This document shows positions 12,501-27,583 of a stretch of 64,000 nt of DNA, piece by piece. A program made the translations under genes and the position numbers. The DNA lies in NCBI GenBank assembly GCA_964057225.1, contig OZ059894.1, positions 14,384,001-14,448,000 of the forward strand, read 5' to 3'. Position 1 is the first letter of the stretch, and each line of letters starts with the position of its first letter. The notes below the pieces were generated by a model. The model saw only the letters and a list, made by a program, of their open reading frames with translations, ran no database searches and was not told the DNA's origin. The DNA comes from Auanema rhodensis. Lineage: Eukaryota > Animalia > Nematoda.

Positions 12501-15500
12501 ATTTAATGCTTATGTATATGCAATTTCATGAAATTTGAGAAAAAAAAATAGAGAAAACACTAAGAAGACTTTCAGATTGAAAGAAAATGAATGCAATCGT
12601 TCACTGTAATAAGTAAACAGCAAAATACAAATCTGCAAGCACTGGTCCACGTAATTCTATTCACGGGAAGGATTATGCTAATTCTAATCAAAATATTATC
12701 ACAATAGGCGAGAATCACTGAAATCTGTTGTAAATAAACCAAATATTACTTTTCTTTTTGTACAAAAAGAAGATAGACAAGATTTTTTTCATCATTTTTC
12801 TTAGGAAAAGAGAAAACATAATTATAGAAACGGACATAAAATTTGAAATAAAAAAACAAATATTGAATGTCCTTGCAATATGGGTGTGAGCTGGAAAAAT
12901 AAGTGATTTCGAAAGGAAAAAATAAAATTTTAAACAATGATCACGAATCAGTATGAATTCAGAAAATGAATAAAGCTTAGGAATATTTTTAATTAAAAGA
13001 AAAAAAAACTTCTGAATGAAATAGAGAGATAAACAGAAGTATTGACAAGAAAAAATCGGAAAGAATGAAAAAACGTGAGCAAAAAAAGAATAAGTTAAAG
13101 GAGGTATTGCATCAGTAGAATTTAACTTAACCTGAATGCAACAGCAACTGCTATTGAGAGAGCCCCAAGTGTGCGTATTGTATCATGACATGTGAAATTA
13201 TAAGTAACTTTAGAAAATATAAAAAGAGGTTTTCCTAAAAAATGTGATTCTGAAAAGTAAAAAATATGAAATCAAACTAGTGAGTAGTGAAGTAAGTTCA
13301 CAGCAAGACTATTTTTTCTTTGAATTAAAATGAAAAAAAAAGAAAGAAGAAGAAGAAAAAGAAAGAATTTTTCAGGGTTTTTCTTGAGCTGCTCGGTCAA
13401 CCGTTGTTTACGGCATGCTTCTCATAAACTAATTAAAACTTTCTATGTTGTAAGTTAAAATCTGGTCATTTTGAAATGTTTAGGTGTATAATTACAATTA
13501 TAAATTTTTATATTTAAAATACAATAATCTAGATTAATATAATATTCCTATTCATAATATCAGAGCTAATATAACACAGAACACCTGAGATAATATAACT
13601 AAAAAAATCAGAATTTAATCTTGTTTTTATCATAATTTTATACTTTTATCTGAAAAGCCAGCAAAAAATAATACGAGACATTCTTTTAATGAAAATGAAA
13701 AAAAACTCCATGGTTGAATTAGTAATTTTTTTTGCCTTGTTCAGCAATGCACAATACAAGGCAAAATAAAAGAAGAATAGTCCGGAATCTAACTAAAGAA
13801 GGATATTAAAAGTAAGATGTATTTGTAAAAATTGTTGAGAAACATCTACTTATCCATAAAAATGATTTGCCAGATGCGGTTCAAATATACATAAGACATT
13901 TTTAAATTCATAAATCTCCCCCCCCCCTCTCCCCCTTTTCATAATATTTGTACAGATTGAACTTGACGCGTGTTATATCAATGTTTTGAAGATATGTAGT
14001 TAATTATTAATATTATAAGTATCTTTAAGTTTCATTCTATTTATCAGTTAAATTCTCTTCTCTCTTTTTTTATTTATTTCTTTTACTTTCTTTCTTTCAT
14101 TCATTCTTCATATCTATACATTTATCTATCTCACATTTCTTCTTCTAATACTAAGTACTTAATGAAGATGGGTAATATTAGAGACACACGAGAGCTCTAG
14201 CCATTTGGCGTTAAAAATCTCTTTGCCATATCTGATAAGAGAAAAGCAATGGAAAACAAATACTAAAGATACGGATGAGCAGATAAAAAGAAGAAAATCT
14301 TTGGAGGCTTTCCTTCATCTCTCCTTCTTCATCTAAATTCACTTCCACTATTGATTGCACTTAAAGAAATATCTCTGATTATAAAAGCTAAATTATATAA
14401 AAGTTTAAGATGCGTAAAGAAATTCAAACTTAGCACAAAATGAGAGATAAAATTTGATCTGAAATAATCCTTCCTCTTTTTTTTAGTTTTTCCTCTAATT
14501 CTCTACATATCAACTTTCATCACGTCACTTCTTTCTCATATCTACTTTTGCCAAAAATTTCAATTAGATTGGATTAAGAGAAACTCTAAAATGACTATTC
14601 TGAACTATTACCAAAATGTCCTTTTCCTGCATACATACAAAACTCATTTTATAAGAAGTTTTCAAAGATAAAGGGGTTAGAAAACCTAAATTTTTATGGC
14701 ATCAGTCTTTTTTCTTGTGGTAAGATTGAAATGTTCGTTCCATTCATTAAATTGTTTATATTCATTTTGCTTGACTAAGTGGAGTTTCGAGTAGAAAAAA
14801 ATTGAATTCATTATGATACTTTTCATAATTAGTCTCTCTATACGTTTTTCATACAATTCATTGCTCACCATCAATATTTTAATTATACAATACGCATTAT
14901 AGCCTTTACTCTATATTAAGCCGTTTGAAATTATTCATTGTTAATGAACTGGTAATGAACAGTCTTAGCCATCACACTTCATTATATCTGATCAGTCAAT
15001 CTCTGCCCCTAATTCAAGGTTAAATAGAGACCAATTGAGTGTAGAGAGGTTAACATGAGGCCGAGAGAAAAAAAAGGTACAGGAAGAAATATACAGCGAG
15101 ATAGAGAGACTGATGGGACAAGCGGTAGATATGCTTAGGTATAAACGAGTTGCCCCACAAACCCCACCTCTATCTACCATTCTCTTCACATTTGCTGACT
15201 CAAACCACGACTGACGCATTTTTGGTGCATAATGGCGACTGTATCCTGCAGTACTGTTATGAAAAATAAGCTATTTTTGGCGTTCTTAATATTTTTGCAT
15301 TTTAATATATGTTTTTAAGTTATTAACTGGTTAAGATTTATAAACTTTGATCAATATTACAACTTTCTTGCGAAATATTTACTAACTTTTTCCGTGTTTT
15401 ATTTTTTCACATATAAATGTTCATTATTTTAACCTCATTCTATCACACATTTTCCTGTGAAAAATGTGTAAATTGAACATTACTCATCTAAACAGTTTGC

Positions 15501-15714
15501 CAAATTGTTCTCTCTTTCTCATTTATTTGTACATCACTTACAAGTTTAGTTGTTTAATGATCATTGTTTATTTTTGTACGCTAAAAACGGAAATATTGCT
15601 ATTTACATTCATACATAACTTAATATTCACATTCTTCATATTATCTTCCTATTTCCTTGATATTGATCTGTTTTTTTTAGATTTTGTTATGTACTTAAAC
15701 TAGAATTTCTTGAA

Positions 15715-17966
<2,252 letters not shown>

Positions 17967-20900
17967 AGGAAATAAGTTCCTTCTGAGGTATAATTCTAAT
18001 TTTAAATTGCTTTATATGTATTTTGCCTGACTTTATGCTCTTTGCTCTAATTTAAGTGGCTGAAAGTGCCGTTTGTTCAATTTGAATGCCTCGTTTTACC
18101 TCATTTTATAATTAAGATAATTTATTTTTTACCGGTGTTTAGACTTTTGTATATAATACTTCATCATGGCGTTTTAATACTTAGCATTTTGTTTCATACC
18201 AAAACGGGTTGCTCTTTACAGTTTTCATAATATGATCGATTCTTTCTCTTTGATTATGATTTTTAAAATCATAAACTTACACATTTACCATAATGTCTAT
18301 TCAACTTTTTATCTTCCGCCTTATTCTATTGTGATAATATCACATTGTCTCTTCGCTTGTGGCCTTAAAGTTTACTGTCTTGCCTTTAATAAAAGTACGA
18401 GGACATGTTGTGTTGGTTCTATCTCTAAAATCTGCTTAAATAACAATACCAAAATATTTTCTAATTATTTTGGTGGAATTGTAAATTTCTTCCGTTAGGA
18501 AGTCTATTCTAACTAAAACCATGAATAAAATTCGATGTTTCATTCATTGTATGAATTAGCCATGAACATGAACTTCATCTGCGATTCCCGTTAAACTTTC
18601 TGCTCATAAGTTCGATCGACAAGCCTTCTTCAAAGTCAATCAACAAAGTTATTTTAAATGTTTTCGAATGGAAATAGTAAAGTTTCGAAACTGTTTTAAC
18701 ATCTCGAACACCAAATTTGTTTTATCTGCTACACATCGAAGAAATCAAACAGCGGCTATTTGAGAACTGAGATTATTTTTAATTTATAGTCAACCATAAT
18801 CAAACAATATATTATATTCTAATATATATATTATATAAAAATATCTGAAAAAATACAACTCTAAAAGCATTCCTCGCTCATTATACAAGCCCGTTTTTCA
18901 TGAATCTCCTAGATACTATGTTGATGACAGCTGCTTCAACACCTGGGTGTTACTTTGAAAAAAAGGTATTTAAATACCTGAAAGAGAATTTTACAGTTTG
19001 AAACAGTTGAAACCTGGTATAGAGAAATAGTTTTAAGTAGGAAAAGACACTGAAAAGTAAAAAAAGCACTTGAATAGCAATTTTAGAGTCAAATCTTATT
19101 ATGCTTCAATCGTAACCCATGAAGCAAAATCGTGAAGTATTTTTCATAATTTAAAAAACTATAGAATTTGCTAGTATGTTCGTTTGACAATATTTTATGA
19201 AAAAATGTCATTGCTGAAAAAATATTTTCATTCTACGTTCCAGTCGAATCAGGTGAGAAGTACCAAATGATTCGAGATACAACACTTAAACCATATAGAG
19301 CTTCAATTGCTTGAACGAGATCAGAAATCAAGTAAGCATAGTGGTAAAAACAAGAAAGGAAATAAACAAAAATGGAATTGTTTCTGCCATCTTAGCAGAG
19401 ACTAACTGTTCTGTGCATTTTTAACTTCTTTATATGTATATGGACGTAAACAACAGTCATGGCTTACAATTATGATATCATACGCCAACGTCATGTAGCA
19501 TCGGCAGCACGCATATGTATGTCGTCTATATGTACAAGAGGCTTATAGACATCTGATCAGTTTTGGTCTTCTTCACTGAGTCTCCGTCACTCATTCTTTT
19601 ACTCTTTCACTTCAACTTCTCACTATTTCTCATCTGCTGCTTTCGTACAGAATGCATTTCAAATTGAGTAAGCTTAGACACTTTACCGCCCATGGCTATT
19701 AGGATGACTAGGTTTTCAAAAGGTTTTGTGTTGTCTTTACTCCAGATATTTATATATAGTTTTTCATGCTGTTCCAGTATTTTACTTCATTTTATGATGT
19801 ATTTGAACTTTAAAAACTGTTTTCAAGTAAGCTTTCAAATCATACTGTAGATTTAAACACAATACCGGAAGTTAATAAACTGCTCTGTACTTTGCCACGC
19901 TAAAAAATAATATTTTAACCTTCAGTTTATAAAATAATTTGATTCATCATTAGCACATTACATACGTTTAACGTCAATTTAAATAATTTCAATTTTTGGT
20001 GCATATATATGGAATTGTTTCTTAACTTATATTCACTATATAATGAATTATTATGGAAAACATTTACCATAAATAAAACTATTATTAACATAATATATGT
20101 ATTTATTACTTTGCAGACCACCTATAGTTAATCGACATTCGATTAATAATTTCTTTCTATTAAATAATTGAATTTGACATTCTGCGAAAAGCTAATTCTG
20201 TCTTCGTTTTCTAATATCTATATCATATATATGTAAGTTAGATAAATATATAGATCTATCTATCTATCTATCTATATGTATTTATCTTTTTAATGTCCAT
20301 TAACCAAATGCTAACGCTCTTGTCATATAACATGTGAAATGGCAATTTAATCATTTTTGCATTCTCCCTCCTACAATATTCCGTCTTCCTTCCTTTTTAA
20401 CAATAATAAATTTTCCTTTGTATCATTTTGAACGAACTTCTTTCATTTTTTTTCACAAAAATCGACAATATGTATACATATATGTGACGTAGTACAAGAA
20501 GATGTGGGATGTAAGCTAAGATAGATATGCAAAGAAACATCTAAAAAGAAGTAAATGGACATTTTTGGGGTAGAAAAAACATTCATACTAAACAGCTGGC
20601 ATTTCGTATTCTTAACTTTTTACCAATTCTTTTTCAATATATTCTTTTAATTACATCAGCGACCTGTCCACTCAGTCGGGCATCTTCATCCCTCTCTCCC
20701 CCTCTTTCTCTCTTTCTCTCTCTCTCTCTCTATTTTTCTTTCTCTCTTTCTGATATACATCAGTACTTTTAACTTAGAAGAATTTGTACCATGCTACTAC
20801 TATATGCATCTCTAGGCATCTAAATATTGCCATTTGTTCTCTAACAATTCGTTTGAATTGAGTTGAATAGAAGAAAAAATAAATAAAATCGTCTATTATT

Positions 20901-21354
20901 GTTATAGTTAATACAAACTCAAAATAATAGTATAGTTGTATATATTTTCATGTAAATCTATATATTTAGATGTTTAAATATATTTTCAATCTTAACATAT
21001 AATATATGAATTCATTTTACTTATTGTCACTATTTTAAAGAAGGAAACGTATAGAATTAATAAAGCAGAAGCTTGTCAATCTTGATAATAGTCTTGTTTG
21101 GTTGTGTATTTCTGTTCCATAATGAAAAATATTCAAAATAGGCTCAAGAAAACGTTTTCAGGCTTCAAACTAAGAAAATATATTTGTCCTATCGTTTATC
21201 TAAAGCATTCTGTTTTCTTATATTTCATAAGTAACAAACCGTGCTCTTTAGTACTCTAAAGACCACAAGTAAATGGATGTCACCTTATTCACCAGAACAT
21301 CTCTCTTCCTCTCCATCGCAATTTCCCTTCCACTCTCCCTCTCGTTTTCCCTCT

Positions 21355-21454
<100 letters not shown>

Positions 21455-21687
21455 CTCTTTTCGTTCTTTTTATATACTCCTCTTTGTTGCTTTCTGTTAG
21501 GATCAATGTGTTTATCCATATATGACATTTACATTCATATATATGATATACAGACTTTGAACTTATTTGGCAAGAATTATCACAGAAATGTTCCTTTTGT
21601 TGCAGACAAGAGTTCATGCATGTTTACAAGATCGTTTTCTATATCTTTTGATTATCTTCTAGGTTTTCTGAAGTCTCTCTCTCTCTT

Positions 21688-21732
<45 letters not shown>

Positions 21733-23741
21733 TCTTCTCTCCTTCTCTCTATATCTATAGCTGTCACGTCTGAATTCAAGTACTTCTAAGTTCTATCTAT
21801 ATAAGAATTTTTATTTTTTTCATTATTCAGAGCGTTCCATCTTATTCCATTTCTGCTTATAAAACCAAAACTTTTCGCTTGTGAACTTGAATTTCTATGT
21901 ACGCAGTCTAACTTCCGTTTTGCATAATATATTATATCGTTTTTTGTTTATAACAAAAAAAAGAGAAATAGTTAATGATTATACAAACTATTTGACATCT
22001 CACTCATCAAAATATGTATATTTCTGTGTTTTTTTGTCCGAAAAATTTTTTTTTGCTGTTTTAACTAATTCTCTTCAACATGAAACATATTCACATGCTT
22101 CATCTGTCATATAAATGCAAGTTGAATGAGAAAGTGAATTGAATAACGTTGGAAACCTGATAGTTATAAGGTTCTTGAAGTCATACGTGGTCTTATCACT
22201 TTACAATTCTGCCTCATTTTTTGCAATAATCAGCTGATAATTATATAAAATGTTTCATTACATTTCAAAAACTATTTCAAAAGTAATCTAAGGAAAACGA
22301 TATTAACGTCAACTAGTTGAGTCTCTCATGTCACTTAAGTCATCAGTTAGAGGAGCTAAACAGAGACTCACAGAGGACAAGTTGTTCGCCAACTTTAATC
22401 ACTGTGATCAGTAAATGATGTCATTCTTGGCAGCTTTCAACTATTTTCATTCTTTGTAATCAAATTGATAAATTTTTTTTTGCTTACCGATTTCTTTTCT
22501 ATCCTCTTTCATTTTTATATAATTTAATCTTGTGAACGGTTGTTCCGTATCCTATTTGAGTGTTTCATACTCATGCTACTCCACATTCAACTGATGTTCT
22601 TATTATTTCTGATAGAAATGTTTGGTGCAAATGCCTAAAATGAATGACTCGTTGCATAATCTGTTCAGGAAGTTAACTATGTTACCAATAGTTCTAGTAC
22701 TATTCAGATTTCCAAATATATACATGGTGAGTGCTTAATAAGGATGATCGTCATTGCATCTATTTTCCGGTGGTGGATGTAACAAATCGTGGAGAAATGA
22801 CGACACATTTAATTACATTCAGCGTCATTCTTTACCTTTTGCTTGACATGAAGAAAACAAATTTTGAAGACGAAGAAGAAGATAATAATTTTGGTTATCA
22901 GATTATACTGAAAAGAATTGAAGAAAAATACTTCAGAAGTATTATTTTTGTTCAAAAGCAAGTTATTTCATCTAAAAAAATGGAACATTGGGGTTGCAAT
23001 AATAACTTGAGTAGGCACACCTTCATCTTAGACTTCTGAGAAGTCTTCAAATCCTATTTGCCATGCACCTATTATTTGGTTGGGTACGGTAGTAGCTGAA
23101 CGGCTATAGATAGAGAGTTATAGAAGAGGGACAGAATAGACATTTTAATAAAGATTATACGAGAGAATAGAGCAATGAAAGAGTGTTGCATTCTATAAAC
23201 TTGCTAATCTGGTCTCCTGGTGCATAACGTCATCTGTTAGGAAGTATAAAGCGTGTAAGAGGAGAATTATAACTGCGAAATTTATCTAAAGAATTCAATA
23301 GGTTAACTTCTCCAATGTTGATGTCTGTAACCACGTGATAATTCTTGATGGGGAGAGAGTTGCAGAGCATGAGAAAGGGAAAAAGGGGAGGGGGGGGGGG
23401 CTAGGAGCAGAAGAGAGAGGAAGATAGACATACGATGCAATTATTAGATGAAGGAGTAATGCTGAAGAAGACAAGGTCGTCACCACCCACGTCATCTAAA
23501 AGCTCTTTCTCTTCCTTCTTATTCCTATCTCTATTATTGACCTCCTGATAGCTATTTGACTCATACTTTTCCTCCTACACTCTCTTACGCCCGTTTTTCA
23601 TCTTGAATATCTCCTCCCCCTTTTTGATCGTCGTCTTCCAGCATAACTACCATATTGTGTGGTTTGTCTTTATAAGTTTGCAATCAACCTTACTTCCTTC
23701 TACCAAACTTTTCGAGACTAAGTTTATGGTCGTGCTGCCGT

Positions 23742-23788
23742 TGATGATGATGATGATGATTATGGTGGTGGTGGTGGCGGTGGTGATG
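23742..23788 (+). repeat. (GAT)n/(GGT)n compound microsatellite
   Basis: tgatgatgatgatgatgattatggtggtggtggtggcggtggtgatg seen directly. Confidence 0.9.
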
Positions 23789-24647
23789 ACAATCTACTTC
23801 CATGCTCATGTCATCAAAAGTTTTTCAAGCGAAAACCTTACCTTAAGGGCTCTTCCGTTTAAACAATCATTGTCTCTTTCCACGTAGATACGTTGAAAGC
23901 CTATTTGGCGCTCTGCTTATTCGTCATATTTCATTGTTATTTTCTCTTATTTATTATTATTTTCAATCAAAAGAGAAAAAAAAATAAGCTTCATATGCTC
24001 CTCTAAAATAATTTTAAAAATATGATTTCTATGCTACAATGTTTCGTCATTCGTCTGTTGCTTATGTTATCTCCGTTCTCAGATGACTGATTCTTGAAAA
24101 GCAAATTTTATTCTCAATGAAGTATATTGTTTATATAAATAGTTTATATGCTATATATAGATATAGTATACGTATATCGGCTACCTGTTACTCTCAATCT
24201 GACTCTTTTTAACATTTGTTCTGTTCTTTGGCCCACAAAATACAAATTTGAATGCATTTTCAAATATTTCCAATTCATATGTTAAGAAAGTTGATTTATG
24301 CACTCTCGTAGGGCAAATCAAATATTCCTGCAAGACATAATAGAAATGGATATGTATGTCTAGCATGCTTTCTCTTATTTTCCCGCCTTAATTTTATTAA
24401 AAAGATTGAATTTTTAATATTTAGAATGAATTTTGACAGCTCTTATGATTCATTTACGTTTTCTCCGATCAAACTATTTCATCTTAAAATGCTTTGTTAC
24501 CATTTCTCTTACCTATTCGTTCAATTTTTAATTTTTCGAATTTTTGTTTGAAGTTGTAACTCTTCTTCATCTTTGGGTTCTCATTCATTTTTCATCTATG
24601 TATATTCTTCTGAAACATTATTTCATTTAGGTTTACATGTATCAAGA

Positions 24648-24706
24648 ATGACGACGATGATGATGATGATGATGATGAGGATGATGATGATGAAGCTGAT
24701 GATGAT
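24648..24706 (+). repeat. (GAT)n microsatellite, imperfect
   Basis: atgacgacgatgatgatg...gatgaagctgatgatgat seen directly. Confidence 0.9.
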
Positions 24707-27478
24707 TAACCAACATGCACATCATCTCTTCTCGACAAATTTCAAAGAAAACTAAAAAAATTAGTAATTTCATTTGGCCTAAAAAGGTTTATTGCCAGAG
24801 AAATTTCATTATTTTCAATTTTATTTCGTTTTCTATCAATGTTGATTCAAATGGTGATTGTTATCCGGAACAACTTATAGCGTCATTTGTGTTTCGCTCA
24901 ATATCATCAGGTCAACCAAAAAATTGTCCTAATGACGATCATAAAATCATTTAATTTGCGTTACATGTTAGGGCTCCTGAAATAAAACCTAAAATTTGCT
25001 CAAATTTGTAGTCTTATAAAGCTTCAAAACCTATATCCGTTTCTCTTTCTTCAGTTCTGTGACAGCCTTGAGCGTCATTCTGATCTCTCGATTAAAGTTG
25101 AAAATCTCCTAGTCAGTCGTCAGACATATGAAGATTGTTGCTGTGTCCAGCTGAACGATGAATCGGCAAGCATTAGCTTATTCAGAGAGCAATACAAAGA
25201 TTCGATAATTGGTATGGAAGCCTTTTATGAATTTTTTTTGTGTTATTTCTATGAGAAACAAAAAATTTCGTAGTGTCGCTAATTTAACTTTTATATCTCA
25301 ATGTATGAAAGTATTATTTTTCTACCAAAAAAAAAAACAGATGATCAACAACTAGATTCGATGTATCTAGCTATGCAAATGGTTTCTCACATCATTTTTC
25401 CTTCTATCTTTCGTTTTTTTTCATTACAATGTTTTATAGAGCAATGAAACATGTGCAATTTTAATTCTGTCACCTTTTTTCCAGCCGATTAAAATTACTC
25501 AAATTAAATCGTTTGGCCTAATTTTTAAATTTTTTATTTTGGACTCAGTTCTTGCCTTATTTTCCAAATAAATTTTTGTTTTAAAATTTTCTTTGTGATT
25601 GAAAATAAAAAAATAAAATTCTCTGCCTCTCATTCTCACTTCATTTTTCCTTCATCTTCTTCTTCGCCTTCTTGTTTCTCTCTCTCTCTCCCTATCTGTC
25701 TATCTTTATCTCTTTCTAGTTCTTCTTATTTCTTTTCATCTTCGTTTGAGCCTCATTTTACTCCTCTCGTCATACAATTGAAGCTGCAAGGCGGTTTGTT
25801 TTCTTCTTATTCATATAATGTTCTTCTGTTTCTACTTCTCTTTTCTCTCTATTTGTAATATATTTCTTGTCCTTATCCATCTATCCTTGAGTATTTTTCT
25901 TTTATGTTTTTCTCATTCTTTTCAACCAATAATGTATTTGAGAAAATGGTGTACCGGTATTAGGCTTCATCCCATTTAAGGTGTGTCATCCGAGCTTTTG
26001 GTGGAAATGTCTTTATCTACATACATCTAACAATTTAAGCTATTTCTCGCATGAAATCTGGCCATAGCTTCAATTCCTCTTTATCTCCTTCATGTTATTT
26101 CACGAACTAATCTTTTCTCATTGAAAAGTCAAAAAAAAGTTTCCATCTCCGGATCTTTGTTCAATTAGGCTCTTAGAGATGGTCTGCAAACTCTACAAGC
26201 GGATGATTTCTAAGAAGCTTGGAGCAAATGATTAAATAGGAGTGTTGAATAACTAAGTAACGCTTGAATCGTTTACTATTCGTAATCAAAATAGAACGAA
26301 GAAGAATACGAAGCGTGCCGATGTCTCTCCATTCCTGCTTCGTCTGAACTCATAAAATATTCATTTCGAACAATTTTCTTTAATTATCTCGCTAAATCCA
26401 ATGTTTGACATCAATTTACTGTCGTTTTCCGTAGAGCTCCAGTAATAGTGAGGAAGAAAATCTAGAATTTAAGACATTGAAACTTACGTCACTTCCAATA
26501 TCAGAGCAACTACTAGTTGTCATGTCCTTTTCTTAAAGCCGCTCACGTCTGTGCCATCTTTTCAATTTTTTTCATCTTTCTTGTCATTTCTAATATCTCT
26601 GTAATCGTTTTGTATCTTTGTTTGTCAGTTTCTTCTGTTACTACTACTTACTGCTTGACTGAGGACCACCCACTCTTCGAACTTTTCCTCATAAATGTGT
26701 CTTTCCTCCATCGTTCCACTTGGCTGCATTGCATATTGCACGGTCAGCCACAAGCTATTTTCAATAAGCTATAGTAACACTATACTAATTTAGTTTCTAA
26801 TCTTACGTTTCATCAAACATTTATTTTATGTCTACCATAATTCATTGTTGACGGTTTGAGATACGTGCAAATTCACGTGAAATTGCCTTGATGATACTCG
26901 AAGATTTCATTTTCTTTTAGATGATCGTGACGAACGGTTGCATTTTTATTTCATATTTTCTTCTTTTTTTTTCTCTCACATTCTTTTTTATTTATTTTTG
27001 TTTCTCATTCTCATTTGTATCTCCTTATCCCTTTTCCATGCTCTCCTGTCTTGCTCTTTTCTTTTTACTCTAGAATTGAATATATTACCAATCAAATTCA
27101 AAAGCTTTATTAAGTCGTAACTTGACTTGATTTCATTGAGTATATGCATGTGTACGAATGAGGACTGCTGTCACATTTCGTTTCATTGTCACCAATAGAA
27201 AATCTATCGAGATTTAGTTGTTCCAATTATAATCAATCAAATTTTATTTTTCCAAAAAAAAAAAAAATTTCATTGAAAGAAACTGTTTATATTGAGCTTG
27301 TATCCTTATTTTGGTATAGATATAATATGCATATGTATAACTATAGATTTGAGAAAAATCTATAGATACATGTACTGATTTGGTTAATATGCATTTGTCA
27401 TGTCAAACATCATCAGATTCTGATATTAGACACAAAAATATTTTTTATTAACAAATAAATAAACTCAATATTTCCAGT

Positions 27479-27583
27479 TATATCTATATATCTATATCTA
27501 TATCTATATATATAGTTATATAACTATATATATTTATACATACATATATGCATTTATGTATATATATATATATATATATATAT
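27479..27583. repeat. (TATATC)n/(TA)n low-complexity tract
   Basis: Seen directly. It includes the palindrome tatatatagttatataactatatata. Confidence 0.85.

Noticed and set aside
19244-19258. 9-nt micro-exon-like TTCCAG|TCGAATCAG|GTGAGA
   Set aside because: No host gene or frame context; such short matches arise by chance.
25960-26170. TTAGGC telomere hexamers as a possible DNA-elimination or telomere-addition site
   Set aside because: Only isolated single copies, as expected by chance; no array or recognisable breakage motif.
26719-26756. Hairpin containing the miR-92/235 seed TATTGCAC
   Set aside because: The stem-loop is only ~35 nt with the seed at the loop, too short for a pre-miRNA.
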